A program made the translations under genes and the position numbers. Below are positions 12,985-25,127 of a stretch of 64,000 nucleotides of DNA, piece after piece. Position 1 is the stretch's first letter. The number at the start of each line of letters is the position of its first letter. The notes beneath the pieces were generated by a model, which was not told where the DNA came from, did not search any database, and saw only the letters and a list, made by a program, of their open reading frames with translations. Origin of the DNA: Octopus vulgaris (Eukaryota); the NCBI GenBank assembly GCA_951406725.2, contig OX597814.1, positions 43,710,001 through 43,774,000 of the forward strand, given 5' to 3'.

Positions 12985-13683
12985 TGTAGACATGCATTGA
13001 TCTTCTCTCTTTGTTCCTTCGTGCCACATGGACTCACCTAACCTCTTTTCTTCATCTGATACCAACCTCACCTTCTCTCTTTATTTGACACCTATCGCTC
13101 ACGGATGACCACACCTCCCATATTCAACTGCCCCATACACCTAAAAACCTGTATACCGCCCATCTCAGTACCTTTGCCCACACGTACTACTATACACACA
13201 CCCATACAAACTGTTCAACTCGCTACTCACTTTGCACTCCATTACACACACACCCACTCCGAACACACAAGCACTTACCATTTCTCAGCACTCACACCAC
13301 ACACGATTATTGACACACCAGAACACATATTCAATAGCGTCATTACACATAACACTAAACGAACAGCCACACACACTGTTTAACACAGTACACATACCAC
13401 ACACCTTCATACACACTCCCACACCCACAGAAGCACTTACTATCTAAACAGAGACAATATATGTACACACACGCTACACTCATAAACACACGTTACACAC
13501 ATAGAGAAAAATAACTTTCGCCCACATTCATACACTATACACATGAACACTATTTGGTTATACACACACACCACGTGGAAAAGGACACATCAGCTGCTAC
13601 ACACAACACTCACGCACACACACTTGAAACTCACTCGTCCCCATTCACGCATACACAATTACGCTCTCACACACATCATTATT

Positions 13684-13724
<41 letters not shown>

Positions 13725-14033
13725 CTTGCACACATTACCTTATTTGGATCGCCACCACTATTATTATCTCCCTTATATTCAACCTCTCTTTATTATTACC
13801 TTCTTTTCATTCACTCTCTTTTTTCCAATGATACACCACGTTGGACCGCTGAACTCTACACGTTTTTTTCTCATTCTTTCTTTCTATTTATCTTATCTTA
13901 TTCGTTTCAGTCGAACAACGTAGGCTCGAAATGTAAAAGACTCTTCCATTTTTCCCGAGCATCAAATTTGCTTGTTGTTCCTACACTCGTCGTCGGCTTT
14001 TTTATTATTCTTTTTTTTTTTTTGATAAATTTG

Positions 14034-14035
<2 letters not shown>
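12985..14035 (+). mobile_element. Penelope-like 3' end: GIY-YIG C-terminus, long CA-rich UTR and hammerhead-like motif
   Basis: ECRHALIFSLCSFVPHGL..PLFFI* matches REHKLIFFRRSFTSHGLNTPLFI* of the 8165-9272 copy. The motif at 13904-13939 and its downstream sequence recur at 37080 and 56002. Confidence 0.7.
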
Positions 14036-14096
<61 letters not shown>

Positions 14097-16221
14097 GTGT
14101 GTGTGTAGAGAGAGAGAGAGGGAGGAGAGAGCGATAGATAGAAAGAGAGAGAGAGAGGGAGGTTTTAAATGTTGATGTAACCATGTTGATCTGATGATCT
14201 CTTGAGCTATCTTCCATTATTTGCATTAATGTGTGAATATATAACGGTATTGTTATAATGCTGAGAATATATGTTTAATGCAAACATATACACATGATTT
14301 TTGCATACTGAATTACAGAATTGATAAGATATTTAGACTATTGCGAAACGCCTGTAACCCTATGGAAGTTACTTGGTTATGTAAATATATATATTCACCT
14401 CTGACATCTCATGACTTTATGTTCACAAACACACAGGCACACACATACACACATATATATAGGAACTCTGTGTACGCGTATGTATGTGTATGTGTCTGTA
14501 TGAGTGCGTATGTGTTTATGTGTTTATGTGTGTTGATGTGCGTGTGTGTGTGCGTATGTTTGTATTTATGTGTTTGTGAATGTGCAGTATAACTGACATA
14601 TCGAAATTAAATATGTATGACATGCAAAACTGAAATAGTTGTCGGTTACTGCATGAAGGGTTACTTAGAATCAACAATTCTGCATATAATGTTGTATTGA
14701 ATTGCCGTTACTATATCGGTGATTTTATGCTGTGCTGATTCTACACAATACCTCAAACCTTTCACAAACCTTTCATCAGCTCGAATCTAAAGAGCAAAGC
14801 ACTTGCCTACGATATTCCTTTTTAAATATATTCTTGACAATAATGTGTTTTAAAACTCATTTTAATTTACTTCTACTCTGTTACGAAAAACGATATCAAA
14901 ATTTCGACTTAAAGAGTATGGTGCTTCATAATACACAAATACATTATTTTGACATGTATTCCTTCCTCAGAATCGTCTTACCGAAGCTATAACACATAGT
15001 GCCAAAGAAAAGAATGTAAATAGCTGATGAATACGTTAAATTAAACGTTCGAAGAAAACTTTGTTTTAATTATATTTATATCTTTATATTGTTCATATCC
15101 ATGCATATATAGGCATATATATTACTGTAAATATCAAGTAAAGTAGTTTAATATGTAAAAGGTAAAGTCTAACGTAAAGCAAGGGTGAACCAAATCTATG
15201 ATAAATTGAGGTACTTTATCTACAGCTACAATACATTTTAACTCTTGGTACCATTGTTTTTTGTTTCGTTTTTTTGACCGGTTTAACTCTACTATGTGTC
15301 TTTGTACTTATAACTGCTATTTTTCTATGTAACGAATTTTAAAATACTTTTTGTTAGGATATGAAATCAGTAGTGAATTTCAAATTTAGTTTCTTCTCTG
15401 TCGATTCCTTAAAATGCGCTCAATTAATTTATATCAAACACAATGGGTATTTTTATTGGAGTTATTTGAATTGATCCAATAAGTGTATCTAATATTTCGT
15501 TTATTGCACTATATGTACATTATTTATATTTTCAATAACCAGTAATGAAATGCAAACGCACACAGGCCAAATTTGATTTCAGGACGTATATGGATACAAA
15601 TGCAGATAATAAAGCACTTTTCGATTAATTCAGGCAATTCACAAAGCAAATTTCAATTAATTGGTGAAAAGTCTGAAGATAAGATTGTATATTTCTTTCA
15701 TCTCCTTTGAACTCTTAATCGTTTTTACGTCTCACCTGTTACTCAACATAAAAATTTCAGTAAGAAAACCGATGCATTTATCTTTCTGTAAATCTAATAT
15801 TGGAAAATGAGTTGTGTTCAAAGAAAGATGAATAATATAACAAATGGAAAATAAAGAAATTACTTTTTGCCACGAAATATATATATAGTTTGTAGAAGCT
15901 TTTCTGAAGCAGGTTCAATAAAAGTATTTTTCAACGGTTTCTATATTTATCCTTTGTTTATAGTAAACATCAAATTTTACAACTAAGATCTACGTCTAAA
16001 CAGATTTATACTACAGCGAAAGCAATATAACATTGTTAAGTAGAAATACTGATATGATGAATTATTTCTCCCATTGAGGTATACATTTCTATACCCTCCA
16101 TAGCATCTATCAATGTCTCGACGTCCATGGTGAGATACATACTGCGAGCTAATATCTTTTAAATTTCTAACTCAATAGATCATTTCTGTATACACAAACG
16201 TACAAATATATATATATATGC

Positions 16222-16289
<68 letters not shown>

Positions 16290-16358
16290 GGATCTACATA
16301 CACACACACTCTCTGTCTCACACACACACACACACGCATGCACTCAAACGCACGCGCA

Positions 16359-16606
<248 letters not shown>

Positions 16607-16992
16607 CAAACATAAAGGCAGGTAGCCGGATAGGTAGATTACTTTGGTTTTTCTTGCAAAAACGGATTATTTCTTATGTCTGAAATTTTTTGTGATTACA
16701 GTATGTTCATTGAATCTCTAAATGTTTAACTGTCCAGCTGACAGTAGATTATTTTTAACTAGAATAGAACACAATAGACATCATGCGTTTTTATCGATTT
16801 ATAGAAGCTCATATAGGTATTATTCATATCATATCTTTCGAAACAGCCATACCTGTGGATAAATACTTTTCCATGCAAATTTAAGTGATAAAGATTAATG
16901 TCTCATAGACATGATTAGTAAATCGAGGCCCGTAATATTGAAACCGAAGGTAGTAGATATCACGAAAAGGGTAAGCACCCAATGTAAGCAAC

Positions 16993-17646
16993 GAAAAGCA
17001 ATTTGTCAATCATGAATTAGATTTACATTTACTATGATTCCAATATCATTCTGCGCAGAGTAGTGGGGGTATCTCTTGGATATAGCAAGAAGTGAAATAC
17101 CAGGAAAAATATTAAAATATCCCTAATGAAATGGTGTAAACAATATTTGTTTCAGAAAAATAACAAAAGGAAACAAGTTTAAGTTCAGTATAAAGATTTC
17201 AAGTATCCGGACCAAAGTATATAAGTGATTATATTGAAAACGTTGGTACTGAAGTGTAGCCTCTGCTAACCCTCGATTATCGAATAATTTCACTTCAATG
17301 AGTGGAATATTTTAATAGAATATTTTCAAGTATTAAGTAAATACGCACAGAAGCAAGTTAATACATATACTAAAAGTACGTTTGCACATTGCATATGGAA
17401 AAAGTTTTTACAATCATATACATAGTAAGGAGAAAAAAAAACGGAAACAAAACTACAAAAGGGAGTGACATATGATTGGCGAGAGGCGTCTTTTAGAGCC
17501 TCAGTTATATCTAAGCTTAAACCACTAACAACATCAATAATTTTTTAGATGCCTTATGAAATAATTCATATAATGTATCCAATGAAAAGCAATTAGTCAA
17601 TCATGAATTAGATTTACATTCACAATTATTCCAATATCATTCTGCG
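16993..17646 (+). repeat. Dispersed direct repeat of about 63 bp (16993-17055 and 17584-17646)
   Basis: gaaaagcaattWgtcaatcatgaattagatttacatt...ttccaatatcattctgcg is present twice with few mismatches. Confidence 0.85.
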
Positions 17647-18347
17647 TACAATATCTAGAAAAATCTATATGAAGCAATAGTTTAAACCCTAAGTATCGAT
17701 GCAACAGTTATAATGAGGATGCACAATTAAGATTATGTTAGTAATCGAAAATTATTATAGTTTTACATTGGTTAATTTTGCAGAAAGTTGTAATCACAAC
17801 TGTAAAAATAATGAGGAATAATTAATAACTTGAAATTAATGATCTCTTTATTCATTAATGAACTAATTGTGTCAAAGCGTATTATCGTGATTAAGCAGAA
17901 ATGGGGTGCTAATGAAATTCAGCTGTGATTCACGATTTGATAAGCATAAAGAAATGTCAAGTCGCCCGATGTAATTCACATCGGCTCCGATATGGAAATT
18001 GTTATATGTATCTATATGTTATATGTATCTTTCCATTTCATCCTTTCCGGGACGATAAAAGAAGTATCAGTCGAGGACTATGGGTGATGTAATTGATTTA
18101 CTCCCTATCATCATGTTGCTGCCCTTGGGACAAAATTTGAAATTATTATTACTAGTCATATTTTTCTTCTTTCAGTCATGATTCTCTTTTGTTTTGAGAG
18201 TCTTCCTTGTAACTCAGGTTTTGCTGGATCTTCTGGAGTTTTCATGCGTTACGAGCTTGCTCCCACAGCCTAGTGTACCGTGTTGTGTTCTTCTCAGTTA
18301 CCTATCTCGATTACTTTGGCCGTGCCTTGGAGGCAAAGCTTTTGTAA

Positions 18348-18416
<69 letters not shown>

Positions 18417-18452
18417 AGTCAAAATTGAACGAAGAGTGCCATTGTTATCGAA

Positions 18453-18493
18453 TGAACGATATTTCGACATCTTGTGTGTCTTCAACTGGTTCA
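18453..18493 (-). ncRNA. Minimal hammerhead-like motif with variant core
   Basis: Minus strand reads tgaac-CAGTTGA-a-gaca-cacaaga-tgtc-GAAA-TA-TC-gttca. Stem I is a perfect 5 bp, stem II is 4 bp, stem III is the palindrome ATAT, and the site is AUC. Confidence 0.6.
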
Positions 18494-18527
18494 AAAAATA
18501 AATTTGTCAATCCACTTCCTTTTGGTT

Positions 18528-18703
18528 AATATGGAAAGGATTGAGGTAAATCTTCCTGAAGATATAGAGTCAAAATTCAAAGAAGAGTGCCATTGTTATC
18601 TAGTGAACGATATCGAAATATCGTTCACTAGATAACAATGGCACTCTTCTTTGAATTTTGACTCTATATCTTCAGGAAGATTTACCTCAATCCTTTCCAT
18701 ATT
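18528..18703. repeat. Perfect inverted repeat: 86-bp arms, 4-nt loop (cgaa)
   Basis: 18528-18613 is the exact reverse complement of 18618-18703. Confidence 0.95.
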
Positions 18704-18749
18704 GTTGTTGTTGTTGTTGTTGTTGTTGTTCTTCTTCTTCTTCTTCTTC

Positions 18750-18822
<73 letters not shown>

Positions 18823-18852
18823 CATCATCATCATCATCATCATTATTATCAT

Positions 18853-18909
<57 letters not shown>

Positions 18910-18910
18910 A
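18702..18910. repeat. Compound (TTG)(TTC)(TTA)(TCA)n microsatellite; (ATT)n also at 18348-18413
   Basis: Directly visible. Confidence 0.97.
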
Positions 18911-19499
18911 ATTGTTGTCGTCTTCATTATTAATGTCATGTTCTAATTAGCACGTTTATCATAACATATCTTTTACTATTTTTTGTCTCCTAGGTTTTTA
19001 TAGCCATTAAAATGCAGTGAAATTTACTGATGATTTTGTAATGAAATTTACGCCAATTCAGGGATTTGGCTTTATTCGTTACACTATTCCAAGTACTGTA
19101 GCACTTCGTTATTGATTCATTATTTTTTCTTAAGAAATTATTAGAATTTAATGAAAAATGCATGAAATCCAGTAAGTGCTTCCTGTCATTTTCGACAGAA
19201 GGAAATTAGTGGATAGGAAGCAATGAGGGCAAACAATGTCATTGACATCAATACTACTTTATAATCATCACTTTTAATCATATACGGATTACAGAATTCG
19301 CATCACCATTTTCTGTAATTGTTAGTAAATAAACTATTACAATTGCAAAAAAGAGCTGCAGAAGCAAAAGTCAGGGGCAGCTCAAGATATCTGTCGTTTC
19401 CATGTGCTGAGAGGAACAGAGCTGAACAGCCTCAATGCACCGACAGCTGCAATCGAATATTCATTCATCATAAGAAAATTTCAACAAAAGCAACTTTTC

Positions 19500-22183
19500 T
19501 TGTGCAGAGTTAAACAAATGTTCTTTCGAACAAATTACTCTTGCTGCAAGGACGGTAGGACTTAAAGTACATCTCATGCTTTAGACATTGAAGATACTGA
19601 ATACTGAAAGAAATCATGAATAGAATATAATGAAAAGGCTGAAAAAGGAATAAGTGATATGTATAAGAGATATAATTTAAAGCTAAACAGCATCGCTTTG
19701 GCTGTACCAAAACACAGCAACCGAAATTGTGCAGCCCGATATTCTAGAAAAGCTATTAATTAACAATAAAATGCATTTCAGTGTTCATAAGAGCGCAGTA
19801 AAGAGGAGTTTGGGTTAAAACGAGCTGACAAAATAACTTCAGCAAGTAAAATTATAGCAACATGGCAGTATTTGCAAAATAAGCTACCATACATTTAATA
19901 ACGATAACGCAAAACTACACATCCTTTGTAATGAATTAAACTAGAACTAAAGTGAAACAATTTACCTGCCCATGTTAAGCAGCTATGGTGTTTAAAACCA
20001 CTTTGGTTCATCCCATATTGGAGGCGTAGTTGTTCTCTTTCGAAAATCAAAGCTACAGCTGGGCACGAGAAACACGATCATGAAATTTACTAGCAGCGAG
20101 TTTTCTTTACAGGATACTGACCGCTTTTAATCCCAGACAGATTAGACTGATGTCTAATATTCTTGAGGTATTTTATGAATTTTGTAGAATAAAGATAGCA
20201 CAAAATCATGGGAAACCTACTCTAGCACTTTCGATTGTCTGACTCCATTTCCTTAATGCTCCTATGAAATCTTAGACAAACTGCAGTCGCATCTATGTCA
20301 AGCTTAGAGTTCTCGTTGCCTTCAGCTATAGATTAGTATGCGTGCGTTATCCAAAATTTAGATATCCGCTTACATAGAACGGTTATTTGTAAAATGTAAA
20401 TAAGAAAATATCACGAAACACGCTCCCAAACTAACATGATAACTAACATTATTTTCTTAATGTGAAGAAATATATCCGTTTAAAGTATTTGGAGGGACAC
20501 GAGAAATGTCATCATTGATAACAGGTGATATAGCACTATAGCCCACTCATGACAAAAATTACATCGGCATTCATAATTTAGGTAAAAAGTATACATAGCT
20601 ATAGAGAATAAAGAATAGGAGTAGATTAGAAGAGACGCATATATCTGTATAGGACGCTCCCGCTGGGAGTGTCCTTCAGTATTTCCATCGTGGTAAACCA
20701 CGTGGGATATGTGTTCTATGTGACGAAACACGAATTGACGAAAGTTTTCCTCTGGTCTTGGTGAAAGAGAAACAGCGTGTGCAGCAAACTATGTCATGGC
20801 ACCTACCTGTCTGCTGTGTTCACATACTAATTTCAACTATCCATGCAATATTACTTTTTAATAAATATGTCTGATGAATTGTGATGAATTGGCGTGTGAA
20901 GTGCGATTATGTCATTGAGTGTCTGCTGCTATAATAGAGTAAGGACGTTGATCATTGTGCATACGTTAAGCTTTCGATAAAAGCCGGGAACACTACTTAA
21001 CCACTCTTCGCTCTTCTAAACACAAACTATAATTATATCCGTCTTCAAGGATTGTATCAGTAATCGGTTTTAATGACACGTCGTTTCACACCGCAGGATC
21101 AGTCACAAAATGACGTCCCTTCAATCGCTAGTTTTGCGAAGGTTGAAAACTTTGTCAGATCTATTTCAAACTGATGACAAGATAATATTGTTTGCATATG
21201 TAACTGCCTGACGATGCAAATCTTGGATATCGAGGTAGACGGCAATACCCGAAACAATAACTCATATGTAACTGAACTCAAACAGACAATGTCCATTTTG
21301 GCTCGGAAAATCCGTATCAATGTTTTATCCTAGCATCAAGCCTATAAAACGGTTTTGTTCCATCGAATAAGAAAGCACGAATACTAAGTATCTTGTGTCA
21401 AATAATTTTTCAGTCACAATATTACCGCTAATATGTTCACTATGATAACTTTCTTAAATGTCACTTCAGATATCAACTATGTTGAGCGGCAACCAACTAA
21501 TCTTTTACTGTTTATTTTCTGAAATCTGTCGATTGCATACTACAATCTCACAACAGAATTGTCGGAGTTACAAGCCTAACAATATTTCTGATACGAATCG
21601 AAACATTGTTTTTTCAGGCAAGAGATTATGCGCACAATCCCAGCAACAGTTATCTTACAGGGACCAGGGACCCGGTAAAGGACTAAAAATCAGATTCTCT
21701 GACTCTTCTTGAAGAGAGGGAAATGAGAAATAAAAGGTAGCAGTGTGGCCAGTCTCACTGAAATGGGCTGGGAGAAATTGACCGCGGAGAAAACGACAGA
21801 AGTGTCATTGACGTATATATTTGTCTGTGACTTACTGTCTGAGCATCAGTCTTTATCTAAGACGGTTATTTTTCTTCTAAACGGGAGCAGGTACCACTCG
21901 CAAGGAAACCTATCGGTTGTCAACTACATCTACCTAGATGTAGCTGGTTAGCGTTGCTGATGATGCACAGACAGGCACTCATAATAAGACATTGACCGTG
22001 ATTGGATGAAATCCATTCTTCGGACATTTTGTTTTACACGTATGCTCCCCATTTAATGGTACGGTTATCTAAAGCACGGCTGTTTCATCGTATTGCAATC
22101 CAAAACCCAGTTTGGACATTTGACATTTAAAAGCTAAGCAACGCAGTCGATCTGATAGTAATCTTGAATCCTACTCTAGGTTA
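19500..22183 (-). pseudogene. Decayed Methuselah-like/adhesion-type (family B-like) GPCR: extracellular region plus 7TM
   Basis: Ordered remnants with stops and frameshifts: Cys-containing ectodomain pieces (SDRLRCLAFKC, CKTKCPKN, LSCHQFEIDL), hydrophobic TM1-like WAIVLYHLLSMMTFLVSLQIL, VLCKRIS (TM3 Cys), ISLICLGLKAVSIL (compare YSLICWGLP), LRLQYG...HSC (compare RP.YG...C in ECL2), FALSLLNV, RISGCTISVAVF and FFSLFIIF. The family call is by eye. Confidence 0.5.
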
Positions 22184-24643
22184 GACTGTACAATAATGAT
22201 TTTACTACAGAGAAGAGAGCATCATTTTCTGGAAGTGTTTACCATACATAACGAAAATTAACTCTTTTTTGCATAAAATGACTCCAGCGTTTCGTAAAAG
22301 GTATATGTTTTTACTAGAAAGTGGGCCGTCACTATACGGTATGTTTTTGCAAGAAAGTGGACAGTTTCTCTGAAAATAACATTTTTCCTCGATTTAAAGC
22401 GAGTTTTCTGCAAAATGGGCTGTTATTGATAGTAAATGGGTTATTCAAGTCGTTTATTGAAGGAAGAACATCTATATTTTAGTAAAATATTTATGCTTCT
22501 TTCTATGTATGGCATCAGCTCTAACTCTCTGAAGAAACCAGGAAATGTCAGCTAGCATGGCGGAACTCCAATTCCAGTTACACCGAGTTTCCATTTGACT
22601 TATGTCTTGGTTGAATCTCTCACAGTGTTCGTCGCTAACATCTGCTTCAGTTTGAATAAATAAAGCTTGATGGGAATGCAAATAGCGAACTTTTAACAAA
22701 ATATCACACCCTAATGATTTGTTACAAATCAATCAACTTTTCTATAAGTACTTATAGTTGACTGCTCTGTGCTTCCCGAGTAGACCGTTTCATACATTTC
22801 TGAAACTTTGCCATGCATCCAATTTCAATACATTTAAGGTGTTTTCAAAATTATCGTCAGTCAAAAGTTGCCGAATTAGGGGATCGACAAACCCCCCGTT
22901 TTGATTTTCGCATGGCTTAATTTGGGAAACTTGGTTTTCAAATACAAAAACGGTTTCTCTTCTAGATCTAACTGTTTGACTTGCAATGGAGGCAACATTA
23001 TTTTCTCCCTAGCAACAACTGGTTCACGTATAACGTTATGTGAACCTATATCTGATTCATTACTCAATGGCCATTCACTACAGGTGTAATGCTCTTTCCG
23101 GGCATGGGCTGTCCCATTGACACAAAAGCATACGTCCTTAGTAAACCCAGCATGTAAGTCACTTTCAATCGCTACATCTTTCAAGTCTGGCCAAATCATC
23201 CGATTACGCTCATTATATCTTATACAACCTGATATGAACGACAAATTTTCGTACGTTTATTTTAGAACAACAGAATAAGCTGCGGGAAATGTCGGAAGTG
23301 TATTACCTATGTGCGGTACCACAGCTTGAGTACTATAAACCGAAGCGTCTATGAATAGCCTACAATCACTACGGTCGTATATTAAGCCAAGCTCTTCAAA
23401 GCGCCCCGGTACGTGGTTACAATAACACAAACTGACATTCAATTCAATTTTTTCTATTAAACCATCTATACGGTTTCTAAATTTTGTAATACTGGCATCT
23501 TTAGTTACTAAGTTTCTTTCCTTTAACCTAGAAGCCAGTAACTCGCTCTGCATTTTCGTTCATTCCAAATCCTGAACAAGAGCGTTTAACTAATCCTATG
23601 CTAGGGGTTCTGATCTGGACTGTTCTGATGTATGCACATACAACTCATCTTCTTCACAATTCTCTTCTGATTCACTAGTATCGGATAAAACAACATTTAC
23701 TGGTACCACAGGTATCCGAACGCTGACCGAATGAGGTAGAGGCCAAGTGGCGGATTTCAGATTCGGATACACTAATGATGACGCACTCTTCGTTGATATA
23801 CCTGTTAAGAAAATAACTTATATTATAGCATTTCCTATATTTAATGTATCGAATAAAAATTAATATATTTAGATACATATATGATAGGCTTAATGCAAAT
23901 AAAAACACACCTTTAACATCTACAAGACAGAAATAGCACTCAGAATGGTGGTCTTGAGGTTCGCGCAAAATCATTGGAATGCCACACTGCTCACTTCTTG
24001 ACTTTCCCAAAACCTATTTTGAAAGACCATTGGTACATGTTGCGCAACAGATATGTGGTGCCCAAAGTTTATCTTGGTCTCCTATCTTGACACCAAAATA
24101 TAAGTTATGCTGGATTTTTATTTTATTTTACCTCGGCGTAATGTTCCTAGCATTCTTCTGGAATGTTACCACACCATAGATATAACAACATATGTCAGGG
24201 TGATTTCTAAACTGCGGTCTTGGCATTTTAATGCAATTTTTATTCTAATTAAAGATTTAATTAAATATTTGTAATACCGCTTTTTTTTTTACCAACGGCG
24301 TAATGATCCTAGCATTCTTCTGGAATGTCACAGTACCACAGATATAGCAAAATTTGTCTAGATGATTTGTACACTGACCTGTTGTCATGTTAATGCCATT
24401 TTTATTCTAATTAAAGATCTCATTAAATATTTATAGGTATTTTGTAGTTCTTTTTCCTGTGAAAATCTGCACATAAACATAAAAATTTTAGAAATACCCT
24501 AATATTAAAAAGACGAATTACCATAAACTAGAGTCATTCTGTGAGAAGCGGTTGCTATTTTCGTGATCTACGCATAAAACTACCCAAGAAAATGCTATTC
24601 TAATCTCTGTAGTCGAAATAATGTTCATGTTTGTTGTACAGTG
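22184..24643 (-). mobile_element. Chapaev (CMC-Chapaev-3-like) DNA transposon, full-length but decayed
   Basis: Termini (c/g)actgtacaa...ttgtacagtg with TTA on both sides (22181-22183, 24644-24646). Transposase motifs: NH.D.FCYICG, YFGVKIGDQDKLWAPHICC, PMILREPQDHHSECYFC, SELLASRLKERNL, RLFIDAS, SDEHCERFNQDISQME. Confidence 0.9.
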
Positions 24644-24702
24644 TTATTGGAAGCTAATACACGACTAGAAATTCCTTGAAGTATAGATCGATACAACTCT
24701 CT

Positions 24703-25083
24703 TCACTGAAACCCATGTGTCTCGTAGAAGAATTTTAGCGATTTGTCGTTGAAGGCGTTGAGCTCGAGAATATCTAAATATGTCAAAGGAGATAGCGATG
24801 AAAGAATACGCTGTTTGATCGTGTTGTTATCCTGCAATGTATCAGTATAATATGTTGAGCATTTGGAGCTGGTATTTCGTCTGAAATATTCAGTTAGAAA
24901 CTTGAAATGCCGGTTTAAGCAATGAATGGGCGTGTGGATACCAGCTTCTTCGGTTTCCGAGGTTACTTCATAATAATAATCGTCTTTATCTCTAACGCTT
25001 GTTGCAATCTCAGCCTCGAGCCTTTCAGTTAATTTCAATATTACTGCACACACCACTGACACTAAAAGGATCCTATTATACAT
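24703..25083 (-). CDS. 126-aa ORF with N-terminal signal peptide; N-terminus of the interrupted GPCR-like locus, possibly a truncated secreted protein
   Basis: ATG start, hydrophobic ILLVSVVCAVIL segment, NTS and NNT sequons, non-repetitive composition. The frame continues past the stop and across the Chapaev insertion site. Confidence 0.5.
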   Translation of the reverse strand: MYNRILLVSVVCAVILKLTERLEAEIATSVRDKDDYYYEVTSETEEAGIHTPIHCLNRHFKFLTEYFRRNTSSKCSTYYTDTLQDNNTIKQRILSSLSPLTYLDILELNAFNDKSLKFFYETHGFQ

Positions 25084-25121
25084 TTCTTCAAACAGTCTTT
25101 AAATATGATCCTTCTGCTCCG

Positions 25122-25127
25122 TTTATA
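25122..25127 (-). promoter_or_regulatory. Possible TATA box (TATAAA) about 40 bp upstream of the ATG at 25083
   Basis: Motif and position only; such motifs are common by chance in AT-rich DNA. Confidence 0.2.

Noticed and set aside
14313-14357. ttacag..TTGATAA..GAAACGCC-tgtaa hammerhead-like arrangement
   Set aside because: Several core mismatches, no UH site and a poor stem II; it could be chance.
15024-15060. Exact CTGATGA followed by an acgtt/aacgt hairpin
   Set aside because: It is followed by GAAG, with no stem I or III.
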